Origin: Octopus sinensis
Lineage: Eukaryota
DNA: 64,000 bases
Reading direction: 5' to 3'
Assembly (NCBI RefSeq): GCF_006345805.1
Contig: NW_021835998.1
Location: 147,410 to 211,409, forward strand
Both the position numbers and the translations under genes were made by a program. Positions 35,267 to 49,672 of the stretch are shown piece after piece; the stretch's first letter is position 1, and each line of letters opens with the position of its first letter. The notes under the pieces are model-generated. The model saw only the letters and a list, made by a program, of their open reading frames with translations, did no database searches and was not told where the DNA came from.

Positions 35267-37108
35267 CAGTGAACCCTCTCTATAGTGAACAGGCCATATT
35301 AATGCAATCTACAATAACAAATATCAGTAATTCTCATTAATATATTTATTATAAAATGAATACCACGTTTAAAAATGTATAATATCATTTATTTAAATAT
35401 TTTTGTGTTCACTATTAAAGAATAGTGAACGTCAAATTTTTGTGAACATAAAAATATTAAATTTAATATTTTTACATATATATTTAAAATTCTTTAAAAT
35501 GAATAAACTACACGTTCTACAGTTGTTAGCATGGTGGAAAATCGAAAACGCCTGTCATTTTTTCAAAAGAAGGAAATAATCGAATTTTATCATAAAATAG
35601 ACATTACACACAGCGCGATTTATCCCTTTATTTCAATGTTTCTCTGGGCTGCATAAACAAAATTTTGAAAAATTCTGAAGGAATACTTAATGTTCAAGAT
35701 GACCAAAAAAAGAAGAAAATTTACTTGCCCAAGTCTCAACCATTCGACAGAGATCTATTTGAATGGTTCGTTAAAAAACGATCATTTGGATTTACAATCA
35801 ATGAATATCTTTTGAAGTCCATGTCTCTAAAAATGGCGAAAGTTTGTAATATTCAAGGATTTCAAGCATCAAATGGATGGCTTGAGAATTTAAAAATCGA
35901 TATTGCATTGCTTCCCGTGCTTTATGTGGGGAAAATTAATTTGTTGAAACCTCTGTGATTGAAAATTTTACAGAAAGCCTCAATAGAAAATTAGAACAAT
36001 ATTGTTCAAAAAATTTTTTTAATTTGGACGAAACTGGATTGTTTTTTAAACTTTTGTCGAACAGAACATTAGCTGTTGACTCGGACAAAAATCTGTCTAA
36101 TAAACCGATAAAAGAAAGAGTAACTGTTATGTTTTGCGTTAGTATGATGGGAGAAAAACTTGACCCATTTGTTATTGGAAAAGCCAAAAATCCACGCTGC
36201 TTTAAAGGAAGAAGAAATTTAATTAATAATTTACAAGTGGAATACAAATCAAATAAAAAAGCATGGATGACATATGGTTATTTCTCAGAATGGCTCATAG
36301 AATTGAACAAAAAAATGATTTTACAAAAAAGAAAAATTCTAATTCTACTTGATAATGCGACTGTACACTTACGTGATTTAGAGTTCAGTAACATCGAACT
36401 CTTTTTTTTCCCTCCAAATACAACATCGAAGTTACAACCCCTTGATCAAGGAATAATAAAATCATTCAAAGACATGTATAGACAACTCCTATGTGCACAC
36501 TTGATTGAATTTTATACTAATGATGACAATGTAGATCACGAAAAAGTTACGGAAAAGTTGAAGAAATTTACTCTATTGAATTGCTTGATATCCATAAATC
36601 AAGCTTGGTTAGAAGTGTCGGAATTAACAATTACAAATTGTTTCAAGAAAGCATTTGAAAATGCGTTAATGCAGAACCTGACAGAAATAGAAGAAATAGA
36701 TGATGAAAATTTTTTGATTCATGCAAATGATCAAATTGACGACGAAAACTTTATACAAAACTTCGCGAGAAAACTAAAACAGCAAGACCAAGTTGAAGAG
36801 GAAGAGGAAAAATTTATGTTCCGACACTATATGAAGCTAGTGAATATGCGAAGGCGCTTGAATTATGGTTTCTTGAGAATGATTATGAACAAAGAGGAAA
36901 AGTATACGAAATACAAAAAATTTTAATAAATTATCAAACTAATCATTCTCAAAAAATCACCGATTACATTATTAAAATCTCTAAATAATCTTTGTAATTA
37001 TACTTTAATATTGTTTATTATTATTTTGATTCCTTTTGTTCACTATAGACAATAGTGAACATGATGTTTTGACGTGGACATTTTGTTCATTATAGAGAGG
37101 GTTGACTG
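35267..37108 (+). mobile_element. pogo/Tigger-like transposon, copy 2
   Basis: Same TIRs as copy 1; 323-aa ORF with DETG, LLDNA, LQPLDQGII. Confidence 0.9.
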
Positions 37109-37579
37109 TAGTACAGATGAAAATCCACATTCACATAGCCATGTTGTTGCAAATTGTTACTAAACTTCCAGTGCTTACTTTGCAAGTTTCGGAAACCTAA
37201 CTTTCGGAGATCAAGGCCGCCTACGACAGTGGATAAGGCATCCAAACTGGGAGTTGAGATCTCCAAGTCATTAGTTACTAAACATGTTTATTCTGCAGTT
37301 CTGAAAGTGGGTTTCTTTTTATACCAAAAATCATTTTAACATCTCAAATCTTTGTTGAAATGTGGCACTTATCAAATTGAGTGATATTATTAACAATGGC
37401 CTGATATCCATTGGGATGCTTTACGTCATCAGAATTTCTCAAATTATAATTTTAGCGTCAATTTTGGCTATTCAATTAAAGTAGTTAGCTCTCATCTTCA
37501 GCTGCTTTTGTCTGCATTGCAAACACTGTATTTAAAGCGGATTAGATAACTATTCTTAGAGTATTATTTTCTTTATTTA

Positions 37580-38117
37580 GGTAAAGCGTATTCATCTCCA
37601 CTTGTGTCGTATGTATGGAATTAAACGAAGCAGGAAATTGAAAGGACATTCGGTTGTCTCAATAATGTCGACCCAAAATGTCGAAATCAAAGTTGACACG
37701 TCGTCTGAAACGAAAGTCCAATTCAATAAACCTGATATTTTCGTTTATGACAAGAGGAAAAGAGAAATCAATTTAATCGAAGTGGGAGTTACCTCTCAAG
37801 ACCGTTTAAAGCAAGTTGAAGTGGAGAAATTTCACATATACGACCTGCTTGCAAACGAACTGTCGGTTCTCTATGAAGCAAAAGTGAAGATTATTCCAAT
37901 TGTCTTGACATGGGATGGAGTTGTCTCAAAGTTCTTTAAAAGTCATATGGACAAGTTATCCATTGAAGAAGGAACGAGGACATACATCCAGTCTGTTGTG
38001 CTGAAGAGGACGCTAGAGAGTATGCTTGTCGAGTACAGACATGGGATTAAGGTAGACAACGAGGAGTACGCCTCTTCCAAGAGAAGAAGAGAAACCACTG
38101 AAGATCTGGATTTTTAA
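37580..38117 (+). mobile_element. R4-like RLE domain (second family)
   Basis: NKPDIFVYDK..LIEVGVT..YDLLANEL..TWDG. Confidence 0.8.
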
Positions 38118-40246
38118 GTAACTAGTTTCACGTGATTGTTTTTATTGTTAAATGTTTGTTTTCTTTATTTGGAATTCAATTGTAAGTTTATTTTTCCTGA
38201 TTGGTAACTCGATTTCATGTTGGATTGACTTAATGTCGGCAGACATCTTCAATGTCCTTAATCATTAGATCACAACAAGACTTGAGTGTTTTTCAAGACA
38301 TTTTATACTTTTAATAATCGTCCACCCTGTTGGCCATTCCTCGACGATTTCCCCCCAACTTTGTAATCCCATGTAGACCAATTATATTCTGACTTGTCCT
38401 CTAATGAGGACCGACGACCTGAGGATGAATTAAGTTTGACATCTTTTTAGTGAGGACCGAAAAATGTGGATATTGTTCATATCGATCAATTTGATGTTCA
38501 CTGAAATGTGCGACGAGACACTTTATTTGGCATTGGAAATTGACTGGACTGTGGGGATGAGGCCATCGTGGTATGTGAAACTGGACGTTGAGAACTCTCA
38601 AGTCGAGTCTCAACGGAACACGACTACGACCTAATCTTAGCTCAAAATGAAGACCGTGTCTCACAATTCACCGAATAACTCACCCAACTGGAAATTAGAC
38701 TAGAAAACAGTGAATGTGATCTAAAAGTACAAGATGTAACAAAATCAAGGCAAAAAACGAGAACCTGGCCAACTCTCGACAGGCACACAACGACATTCTT
38801 TTCAGAATTGAGGAGACCGCAAAACTGGGAGATTTCTAGTCGAAAGTATCCCTAAAAGAGGAGGAGTTGTCAGTTCTCGACTCGGAAAAGAAAGAACGTG
38901 AGAGAGAAATACATGGTATAATCAATAAAATAACAAATGAGAGAAAAAGAAAGAGAATTGACAGTCCTGGACAACATTCGATCCAACCAGGCCAGACTGG
39001 TCAAGCAGAAGGAGTTAATAAATGAGGGAATGTGTTATGAGAGGGAAAGAAGGAAGATCAACGAGTTGGAATGTCTCAGCAATACTCGGAAGGATCACTT
39101 AAACAGGATACTCAGCGAGACAGGGAGTACTGCTCTATTCGTGAACTGCCGAACACTCAAAACCCAGCAAATCAAATTTATTCGCTAAAATTTGTTTTCG
39201 ATCGGTATCCTTGATTTACGTTATTTAATCAGATGGGCCATCATTATGCACATTTTCCGACTATTCACGAACTTTGCATATGCCAAGGGTCAGCCCTACA
39301 TGGCTGAACTTTACTTCCTAAAGTACACATTACCCACTGACCAATCAGGGCCCGATTTATGGCTCCCGACAAATGCCGGGTCTCCATAGATGTAGGAGGT
39401 GACAATTGAACATAGAAATGTATCAAAAATGTCAAAAAACTCGCGAAAAGGAATAAGAATGTGCAGACCAGTAGAGCGGCCTCCAAAAAGCTGAATATTT
39501 CCATGATTTGCTACACAAATGCAAGCACCCTTTCTTCACATTTACCCAAATCGAAGAGGCAAACAAGTTTGAATCTCAAAACATTGAGTTTAGGTAGATA
39601 AGAATCAGGTATAAATTCATTAATATTTAATAATTACGATTTAACACTTTAAACAAACCGGAAATGACGTCGTTTTAATAACAAAAGACGTAAATTTGCA
39701 AAAATTGTTGTAATTTACGTCTCCACTAACAATATAAATACATGTTTTGCGTTCTGCGGATGATAAATACTACTTTGAAATGAAGAGTTGTTTGTATCAA
39801 TTTCTCATTGAAAATTTAAACAATAAGTGCCCTTATCTTTCGTGGATTGGGATGTCGAATTCGTTTAGCATTACAAATCCAACTGAACTAGCAAGAATGT
39901 AGGAGGAGTTAAAAGACAAACCGAGGATCCTAAAAAGAGAAAAAGGGCAGAAACATATCTACACTTTTTATGAAGAAATTTGGACAAAAGATGTCCATTG
40001 GAAATCTTATGAGGAATATACACCTACTTACTGCTGCTCGAATGCATATGAGCCCCTCTAAATTATGACGACCTCATGCAATCTTATTTTTGAGAATATG
40101 AGGTCCCACACTCGGAAAATCAAAACAACTTTCCGCAGTAGAGTTATGAAGAACGCCTCTTACTTCAATATTACGATGATCTGTCAAACTATAACTTCTT
40201 TTGCTGAAATTCATTAAATAAAATATATATTAATTGTTACATTCAT

Positions 40247-41035
40247 ACACAAAAGCAACTCGCCTATAGACGAGTTGTCGCCTAACTCGCCTAAATTTAT
40301 TTGGCGACAACTCGCCTACTTAAAATAAATAAAAAATTTTATTTTTACCAGATTAAATCTAATTAATTAAAATTTCAACAATTTTTTTACTTTAATCCTT
40401 ATGACTGACTTTGAACTGCTTAAAAGCCAAAGAGGTGGCAAACTTTTACTACACCGGAACTATTTGTATAATACAGATAGAAAAAAAGACGGTCTTACCT
40501 ATTGGAGGTGCAGAAATCGAGAATGCAGGGCGAAGTGCACGGTGGATGCTCAAAACAAGTTAAGCACAAAAAATGCTCGTAATCATGGCTCCTTTGAGGA
40601 TCATGAGATAAAAAGCATGAAACTAGTTTCTGACCTAAAAGATGCCGCAAAGACGTCAGAAGACAGAACTATGAATGTGGTGTCAAGAAGCCTCATTGGA
40701 GCCAATGTTGACGTCATTAAAATCTTGCCAAAAGAACGTTCATTGACTCGTCTCGTTCAACGGGAAAGAGAAACACTGATACCAAATTTTGTTCCGACCA
40801 TTCCTGAAATTCCTAAAAGTTTGTGGTATAATGATCGGGGCGAAATTTTTTATCGCAAGGATTCTGGAATTAATGATGTAAATCGTTGCGTCATTTTTTG
40901 TTCGGATTATCAGGCTGACATTTTGAGAAAATCAGATGTCTGGGTTATTGATGGTACCTTTAAAAGCGTGCCTAATCAATTCGAACAAATGATTACAATA
41001 CAAGGAAGATGCTTAGGTAAAACTAATCATTTTCA
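40247..41035 (+). mobile_element. MULE-like transposon 5' part with FLYWCH domain, truncated
   Basis: SQRGGKLL..YLY..YWRC..C..H, WVIDGTFK; subterminal AACTCGCCTA repeats. Confidence 0.85.
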
Positions 41036-41039
41036 AAAA

Positions 41040-41220
41040 AAATTATCAAACTAATCATTCCCAAAAAATCACCGATTACATGATTAAAATCTCTAAATAA
41101 TCTTTGTAATTATACTTTAATATTGTTTATTGTTATTTTGATTCCTTTTGTTCACTATAGACAATAGTGAACATGATGTTTTGACGTGGACATTTTGTTC
41201 ATTATAGAGAGGGTTGACTG
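41040..41220 (+). mobile_element. Third copy of the right end of the 28138/35267 Tigger family
   Basis: Matches 29785-29963 and ends GAGAGGGTTGACTG-TA. Confidence 0.85.
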
Positions 41221-41649
41221 TAGTTGACTTTTAAAAGAGAGGATCTTTGCTAGGTTTATCTTCAGTTTCAACCGTTTAAACCTCAAATATGAAATAAGGC
41301 CTAAGCGTCCTTCTCGAATAGTAAACGACATTGTCAAAATGATCTTCAACCGTTTCCAAGGCTGGGATCATTTACTGTCTTTCGAAGTTTTTTTTGTTTA
41401 TTTCTATTTGGTCAATATCATTTTTAAGATCATGTTTTCCAATTCCTTTCTTGGACGCTATACTCAGCTTAATTTTAAACAAAAAATAAATGTTAAGTAT
41501 AAGTAGAAAAAATTAAGTTAAAAAGTTAAAATTTAATAATAGTATCAAATAATTATTAAAATGATTTTTAACAATATTTTATTTAAAAATATTTTAACTT
41601 TATAATTTTGATTTTATTTATTAATTTTTTTAAATTAACGTTCCTGTGA

Positions 41650-42460
41650 TGATTGGATCGTTAAAATTTCCCGAAACAACATATTTGATATTGTTTACTG
41701 CTCCTAACAAGAACACTTCGCAATAATTTGGTTCAAAGGCAAAATTTCCTTTGTTAATTTCGGATTCAGAAAATCATATGAAATCAGGTAAACTTTTATG
41801 CTTATATTTTAGCTTTAAAATACTTAAAAATCTTTACACCAAGTTATTCCATGTCAGATGTGCCGTTCATCTATTACACAATTGCTGTGAGAAAATAAGA
41901 GAATCTTAACTGGAATTGAATGATAGCTACTGTACAAGCTGCAATTATCAGGAACAATAGAAGAAAATTAATATTCAAAGACAGAAACATCACCATTTCA
42001 TTTGACAAGATGGGGTTCCTGGCATAAGGCCGCTACATACTATTCAGAAAATCTGATCGGAATTCAAAATATTTTTGAATCATTCGCGGATAATGGATAT
42101 CTAATTTGAATATCCGAAGCTATTCTAACAATCCAGGTTTCCAAATAATGTCGCTATTGCAAATATTGTTACAAAATTTGAAAGTTAGGATTTGGAAATG
42201 GCAACAAATTTATTAAAAATACATATACAAAAAGCTTCAAAAATGATATTTTAAACATAATTAAAATGATCAATTCACATATATCTCCTGCCGAGTATTT
42301 ATTACTCCAGAATTGTCAGTCAACTTCGTGCTGGGTTGAAAGATGTGTCTCTGAGATAAAGATTTTTTTAGTTCCAACCGAAATTTTCTACCAAAAAATT
42401 TAAAAAACAAAGTAATTCGGTATGTGTATAATAGTTGTAGTGTTTGTAGTTTTTTATGAC
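41650..42460 (+). mobile_element. Degraded hAT-like transposase
   Basis: FHVRCAVHLLHNCCEKIR, TRWGSW, QSTSCWVERCVSEIK..NRNF. Confidence 0.6.
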
Positions 42461-45399
42461 GAACGTGTATTAAAGACAGCTAGAAAAGGGAGAAGGATTG
42501 TTTAAGACTACGCAGGTTAGGGCGTTCTTCCAGCCTCACGGATTGCGAAGCAGTTGCCGCCGATTACGGCAATGGAAAGGCGTTGAAGAAGCCAGAAGGA
42601 CTCTCTCGGGTAGTCCCTCCTTTTGGCGATTCTTCTCCCCAAACCGCGTAGGAAACAAAGCGACTTGCGGCCGAAGACCCCAGAGGTCTCAACGGCGATG
42701 GGCGTGAAAACAAAGCTGGAGAGGTGACCGTACTTCAGGATTTTGAGATCTTCCGCGCGATTGGAAGCAAAGCCTGGGTCGACGGCAGACCTGGCTAGGT
42801 TCCTGTTGGAGAATGTGTCACAGCAAGTGGGATCCCATATAATGGATCTTTCCTGCTCAAAGGAGAATGTAGTTAAGCCGTCAGGGCGTTTGCCGTCACC
42901 TCTGTCCAAACCGACAGGTTCGAGGACGGATGGCAAGGAGATGGCGGTTCTTAGACACTCGGAGTCTAGGAGGTTCCCAATTGAAGGGAGGGGGAAGGCA
43001 TCAATCCAAGCACCGCTGCTGGGTGACAGCCAGCACGAAGTCAGGCGAACTTGTGTTGGTTAAGTTTTGCAGTGAGTTCTTTGTACAAAGACCGACATAC
43101 AATCTCGTCCCACTGGCGCTGGTTGTCCTCGGACTCAGGCTGCTTCGAGTCAAATCGGGCCTTTTATAAGAGACCAGCCGCGACAAAATCTGCAGAAACT
43201 TTCCTTTCAGAAAGGTTTCGAAGAAAGATGTCTGAGAGTGCGGGAGGCAGAATGAGAGGACAGATAAGCCATAAGAGCCAAATCGGAACAGGATCTCGAA
43301 CCAAGGCCGCCCCAGCGCACAGGTAAGGTCGCCTGAGACCAGCCATAATCATCGAAAGCAAGATTGCATAGGGAGCTCATACTGAGCTTAAGATGTAATC
43401 GAAATCAGATAGGAGGTCGCTCTGTGGAAGCAGGTGCATATCTTAGCGTATAAAAAACCTTGGGGGCGGAAAAGTAATTTCGCGGAGGAGAAAATGCGAC
43501 GTGATGCTTGATGTTTTAAGCCTCTCGATCATTTTAGCGAGATTTGAAATTTTTCAGAAAATGAAGCTTCTAGGGAGGAAGAGCCTATGGGAACCCCAAG
43601 GATGGATAGATTGGAGTTTTCGGTGATACGAACCTCTGGAAGAAAATTGCAGCAAAAAAGAGAGGCTGCAGAGAATAAACTATGTTGAAAGCCGATGTTC
43701 GCGATTTCAGATTTTTTTGCGTTGATAGATAGGCAATAGCCGAGAGTGATAGGAGGATAAACCCGCGGTCGTCGAAAACGACCTCAAGAGGACTACAAAT
43801 GGTGCCGTCGTCCAGGTACCAAATGTTTAGAAGGGACCGGACAGAATGGGCGATGCCATTAACGCCTAGGCGAAAAGCACAGGACCAAGGGGATCGCCTT
43901 GCTGGACCCCAGTAGACGAGGTGATAGGAACGTCGTCAAACATAAGTATGCTTGGGGATGCGTAAGCGAGATGTACAAGGGAGTATGCGGAAGAGCCATT
44001 TTGCGGCAGCACTCCAGTAAGTGATCCTGTCTGATGGAGTTAAAAGCATTAGATACGTCCAGTTTGACCATGATAAAACTCCTCGGAAGATTCTAACAGG
44101 TCACGATTGGAATGAGCCGCGGCCTTGCAACCATTGGAAACGCCGACACCAAGTTGAGCGGACAGAAAGTTTGGAGACAAACAAGGGACTATGGCATGAC
44201 AGAGAGAAGCTTAACGGAGAGCTTCCGGAAAACATTTTTAGTTTTTGGTTATTAAGTTAAATTTTGGGGTAATTTTTTTAGTTTTTAGGTTCATAAAGTT
44301 AAATATTATGTTAAATTTTTTATTTTGTAGGCTAAAAATCGCCCTAAATATAAGTAAGAATGATGACATTTCGTGTCAGCGATTAACTGATAGATTCTCA
44401 AACATATTCGGGAGGCGCAGTTTCGGACCTTACCTGTCCTATGATCAATTACCACTTGATATTCCAGCTCTTGAATATAAATTGAAATTCTTCGCGGTCC
44501 AAGGACCCTAGGGAATTTACTTTCCTCATTCAGAGGATCCTGCTGGCTGTCATGCGTGGCAACAGCTGTTCCCTCCGTCTCGCTGGGAGAATTTATTAGT
44601 TTGTTGACTTTACTTAGTGATTATAAATAATACTGTAACACAAAAAAAAAAAAAAAAAAAAAAAATTGAAATTTTTATAAATTAAACTAACTTTGTAATT
44701 TTTTAAATAATGTAACAAAAACTAGGGGTGCTTTTATACTTTTGGGAGAACTTAAATAAAAACAATTATGTTATTGAAAATAAAATTTTATTACAAATAA
44801 ACAAGTGTCCCAAGACTAATTTGACCCACTGTATATTCTGGAATAAATCTTCAAAAATAAAAGAATTGGGATTTAAACAATTTGAGGTGATTAAAGGGGG
44901 CCTGGCTATAGATTTGCCAACAGTCTACTGTGAGCAATTCAATACTCAAAGAAACCATGCAGACTTGATAACGATGATTTGAAATTAAAATGCAATCCTC
45001 ATTTAATAGCGATGACATGGGGTTACTCTTCTTATTTAAATGATTAAATAATTTCTTTTGTTCTCGTTAATTTTTTTTATTTCATTTAGTCAAAGTTTTA
45101 CGTGTTATTTTAAAATCAGAAAAACGTAATCGAGTAAAAAACCCCTCTACATACAAAGTTGATCAACTATTTTGCCAATGATATGGAGGATGACAAGTTT
45201 TTTCAAATATAATATAATTTTGAGAAGATAATAATACAAAATATATAGCTAAGGATATAAAAAATGAAAATCTTAATAAGCTAAATTTTCTTATAAAAAT
45301 TATAAAAAGTACGTTCATACTAAGACATGAATACCCGTTCCAAACCGTACACGGCAGGCAGTGGAATATATAGAGTAATTTTGGACTTGGAAAAAAACA

Positions 45400-46300
45400 T
45401 TAGTTTTACCGAAAATTATTGGAATTTGAAATGCGGTTTGAAAAATGGCGGATCAGCCAAATGAACGATGGCATTTTTGAAATGGAAAGAATTAAAATGC
45501 GATAAAGTCATTAATTGACTAATATCAGGTGCTCCGGAGAAAATAACTCAACGTTCTTGCTCATTAATGATAAGAATAGTCCGTAAAAACCAAGAATTAC
45601 TCGAAAAGAATTGGCTGATGATTTAAAAATTACAAGAACATCAGCTTGGCTTTGTACAATTAATTCTACATTACGCAATGAAAGTATCAATAAACAAAGG
45701 ACCAGTCGTGTTCCGTTATTAAAAAAATACACACCTCTACACAAATTAGATATTCCAAATATCTTTTAAATAAAGAAAATAAATTCATAAACAATATTTT
45801 ATGGTCGGAAGAATTTCAAAATACAACTTTTAGGACTGAACTTGTCGCCTTCGATTTGGCGTAAATTCGATCAGACAAATAACCAAAAATGCACCATACC
45901 TATCATAAAGCACTGGGTAGGAATTATCATGCTGTTAAGCTGTTGTTCATTAACAGGAAGAATCACGCTGTTGGGCTATTTTTCATTAAAGTATCATGCT
46001 GTTGGGCATTTATTTTTAATAGATGGAATAATGAATTTGCTCAAATATTGAAAAATCTTGAAACAGTGCCTATTTCGTGCGGTCGATAAATTGAATTTGA
46101 CCAACAATTGACATTTCAGCATGGCAGCGACTGAATGGTTAATAAGGAAAAAAATTAATGTTTTGAAATGGCCAAGCAAATCACCAGACCTCAATCCAAT
46201 CAAATATCCATAAAAAATAAAATAGTAGAGTTGAGAGATTAAATAGTAAAAATGAAAAGATGTAAATGATGAAAGTGAAAAAAAAGATTAAATTATTGTC
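45400..46300 (+). mobile_element. Degraded Tc1-like transposase
   Basis: [26 protein letters not shown]. Confidence 0.7.
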
Positions 46301-46714
46301 AAAATAAAATCAATTCAATTACAGAATATCCTATATTATAAGAACTTCTGGAAATCGACAATATATTTAACCAATTTTAAACAGAAAATAAAAATTCATA
46401 AACTGTGATTATATAACAAAACAATAAACAACTAAACTAATTATGAATAGCAACAAAATTAATTATCAAAAAACGAATATTTTATTATAATATAATTAAA
46501 ATTATTAATTAAAAAAATAGATTAATTTTTGAATTTATATATTCTAAAGAATCTTCACGGACCGGCTCTTTGATTATCGAGGGACTTAGGTAACCCCAAA
46601 GTTTCTTGCCGTTTTAAGATTGCTTGCTTAAGAATTAATACAGTAGAACTATCCACTAATTATTTATGTTTTGATGTGATTGTACGACTAAATAGTGCGA
46701 TTATCCAAATATTA

Positions 46715-46810
46715 TGTCGCGTCCCATACAAGCTACCCATCCCATGGTTGCTACATGTTGCCTGTCAATCTATTATAATGCCTGTCATAGTGACTGTCAA
46801 AATCAATTGA
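46715..46810. mobile_element. Isolated Ginger-like terminus
   Basis: TATTA-TGTCGCG followed by (C)CTGTCA repeats, as in the complete elements. Confidence 0.6.
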
Positions 46811-47624
46811 ATTGGTTCATAATCAATAAAATGAAGTGTATTTATTAAAAGATCAATAACTGTTTTAACAATAAAGAATTTATTAAAATTAGGCGTATAT
46901 GTTTTTTACTAAATATTTTAATATCTATAAGTTCTTGTTGAAATTCTTCATTTGGTTTTGAATTTGCTCAAATATTGCAAAATCCTGAAACAATGCATAT
47001 TTCGCGAGGTCGATAAATTAACTAAATATTTTGATATCTATAAGTTCTTGTTTAAATCTTTCATTTGGTTTTTTGGGAATCACATAGAATTAAAATCGGA
47101 AACCTAAATTAAATTTATTAATTTTATACTTTAAGTGCTATAGAAAACTTGCAAATTGAGCATTCTTTGATAAATCGTTCTATAATTTTCCGCTTTACTG
47201 TAAAATAAGAGTGTAAACAAGTTAATAATTTTTACAGAGTGTAAAGATCCAAAGTATATTCGTGAATTTCGATGAGAATCTGCAATATTTTTTCATTTCA
47301 CTCTTATTATCAACGCAAATAACTAGTTTGTGCTTTTGAAATCTTTTGTCTTTGAAGTATTAGCGGTCATCGATAACAATAAATTTGGTAGATTTTTTAG
47401 TTATATTTTTTATTTTTATTGGGATGTCTGTACAGGTTCGTCATTTAAGATACTCACAATAAATTGATATTCTGATAAATTGATATTTTATATATAGGCA
47501 AAAATATTTTAGAGAGGACATGTTGAAAATTCTGAATAACGCTAAAAAATATTAAATATCTCCCCTACGAGTAACGCATGATAAAAACTACAATAATTAT
47601 GACATCTGGCAGTGTATTGTTTGC

Positions 47625-48440
47625 ATTAAAAAAGAAACTAATTAACTAAGTCATTTTTCTAACTAAGTCCAGAGCCTTTGAAGTGAGCAGAGAGTGGAAC
47701 TCCACGCACCTCCTCGCCTTCTTCCTCCTCTTCTCTGGCACTGTAGACCTTCAGAAGGTGCAGTCCAGCGCCTTTCGCTGACTAAACGTCAGGATCTTTG
47801 AAGACCGAGCGAACAGCTTAATGTCGTCTATGAACATGAGATGGTTGGTGCTAAAACACCCTCTTTCATGTTCGATCGACATTTGTTCGAATTGGGCAGT
47901 GAGGACTTTACTCAGCGGTTCTAGGCAGAGGACAAACTGCAGTGGCGACATGCTGTCGCCCTGTAAAATGCCCCTCTCTAGCTTAACTTCGCCTATATCG
48001 CATTTGTTGTAGTGTAGATGCACGTTCCACCTGTCCATCACAGTTGCAACAAATTTGATAAACCACGAAGGCAACTTGAGCTTTCGCAGACACTCAACGA
48101 GGTAGGCATGATAAACCGAGTCATATGCTTTCTTCACATCCACCCACATCGACACTAGTGAGTTTCTGTGGGCTCTCGCGAGGCATTTGTTGATCAGTGC
48201 CTGGTCCTTAGCTTCCTGGCAATCCCGCCGAGTACCTAACTGGTTCTCGGACAGAATCCCATTCACCTCCACGAAATTTCTGACCTCAGTAGCCACCACC
48301 TTGGTCATCAACTTGTACAGGTTGGGCATACAGGTTATTAGACAATAATCTGTCGGAGCGGAAGGGTTATCTACTTTAGGGATCAAATAAGTGACCCCAG
48401 TACATAATCACTCTGAAATCGAGCCAGGATCTAGTGTAAA
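47625..48440 (-). mobile_element. R4-like RT core joined by deletion to the element 3' end
   Basis: WVDVKKAYDSV, GILQGDSMSP, HLMFIDDIKL fused to LTFSQRKALDCTF. Confidence 0.85.
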
Positions 48441-48559
48441 CTGTTCGATTGCTCGACACATGCAGTCATGGATTATTATTAATAGCACGTACACAGAACC
48501 AAAGAAATGTTAAATTAGCTAAGGTCTCGTTTGTGCCGTACGTTCAGAAATCTTGTTCA

Positions 48560-49672
48560 CCAGGCGTCTCCATCGGGGTCTGCTTTGAGCATATACTCAT
48601 AGGTCTTCAAGGTCGTCAGCACATCCAAGTTTTCTTCCAATTCCGTTGAGATCCTTGTTTAGTGCAACTGGGAGAGTGACCCTGGGCCTTCCTCTGAACG
48701 CTGTGTGGTTGTTATTGTTAAAGTAATCATTTATTACCGTGTTTGCTAGCGTGTTTATGTCCATCCTAAGTACGTGTCAAAACACCCTCCATCTTGATTC
48801 TATGATATCGATGCTTATTGGCACCGATCGTGTCATAGCATATAATTTTCTGTTACGTATCTTTTTTGGCTATCCTAGGCCCAGTGGATTGCGTAGTTGT
48901 TTTCTGTTCGATTCCCCTGCGATTTTTACGTGTTCAGTCTTTTCTTGATTAATGTACACCATCTCTCAAATTCGTCCGGAATTTTCTCCAAAACAGATGC
49001 AAGTTCCTGATCATTTTCTGACACAAAGTCTTTGTCGTCTGCATATATAATTTCCATCGGCATCAATCCTTCGTACTTTGTTCTGAGATCTCTCAGTGCT
49101 GCCTCCAGATATACAATGAATAGAACCGGAGATAGAGAGTCCTCTTGAGGTGTTCCAATTGTTGTCCCGAAAGGATTTGATAACTCGTTTCCAACCCGTA
49201 CAGTTAATTCGGTTTTAGAAAGTAGGAAACGGACAAGCCTAGTGCTATCTTCAAGAAAACTCCCCAAAACGTTCAACAACGATTTCCTATTGACAGTGTC
49301 AAACGCACTGGACATGTCCACTCTCAGAATTTTAAAGTCATTTTTGTATTGTTGACTAGCACATATCCATCTATGAGACCAGACAGCGTCTGCCGTCGAG
49401 CTACCCCTTCTGAATCCACTCTGTCCTGGCGACAGAAAATCGCAAACATCAGAAGATATCCGATTAAGAGTTATCAGAAATATAATTTTTCTCAGTGGCT
49501 TCAGTAGTATCACTGGTCTTAGATTTTTTAGCGGACCCTTGCTCTTTCCTAGTTTATGTAAAGGAATTAAAATTCCATCCCCAAGTTTCAAAGGTGAATT
49601 TGTCTCAAATACCACATTGAAAATGTTCGTAATGAAGGCTGTCAATTCGCTTGGTGTTTGTCTATATAGCAA
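48560..49672 (-). mobile_element. RTE-like reverse transcriptase, decayed
   Basis: NLRPVILL, QSGFRRG, DMSSAFDTV, YADD, GRPRVTL; same family type as 2461-3440. Confidence 0.8.

Noticed and set aside
38160-40240. Possible host genes or LINE N-terminus (LFVNCRTLK near 39140)
   Set aside because: Only short unrecognised ORF pieces; no consistent gene model could be built
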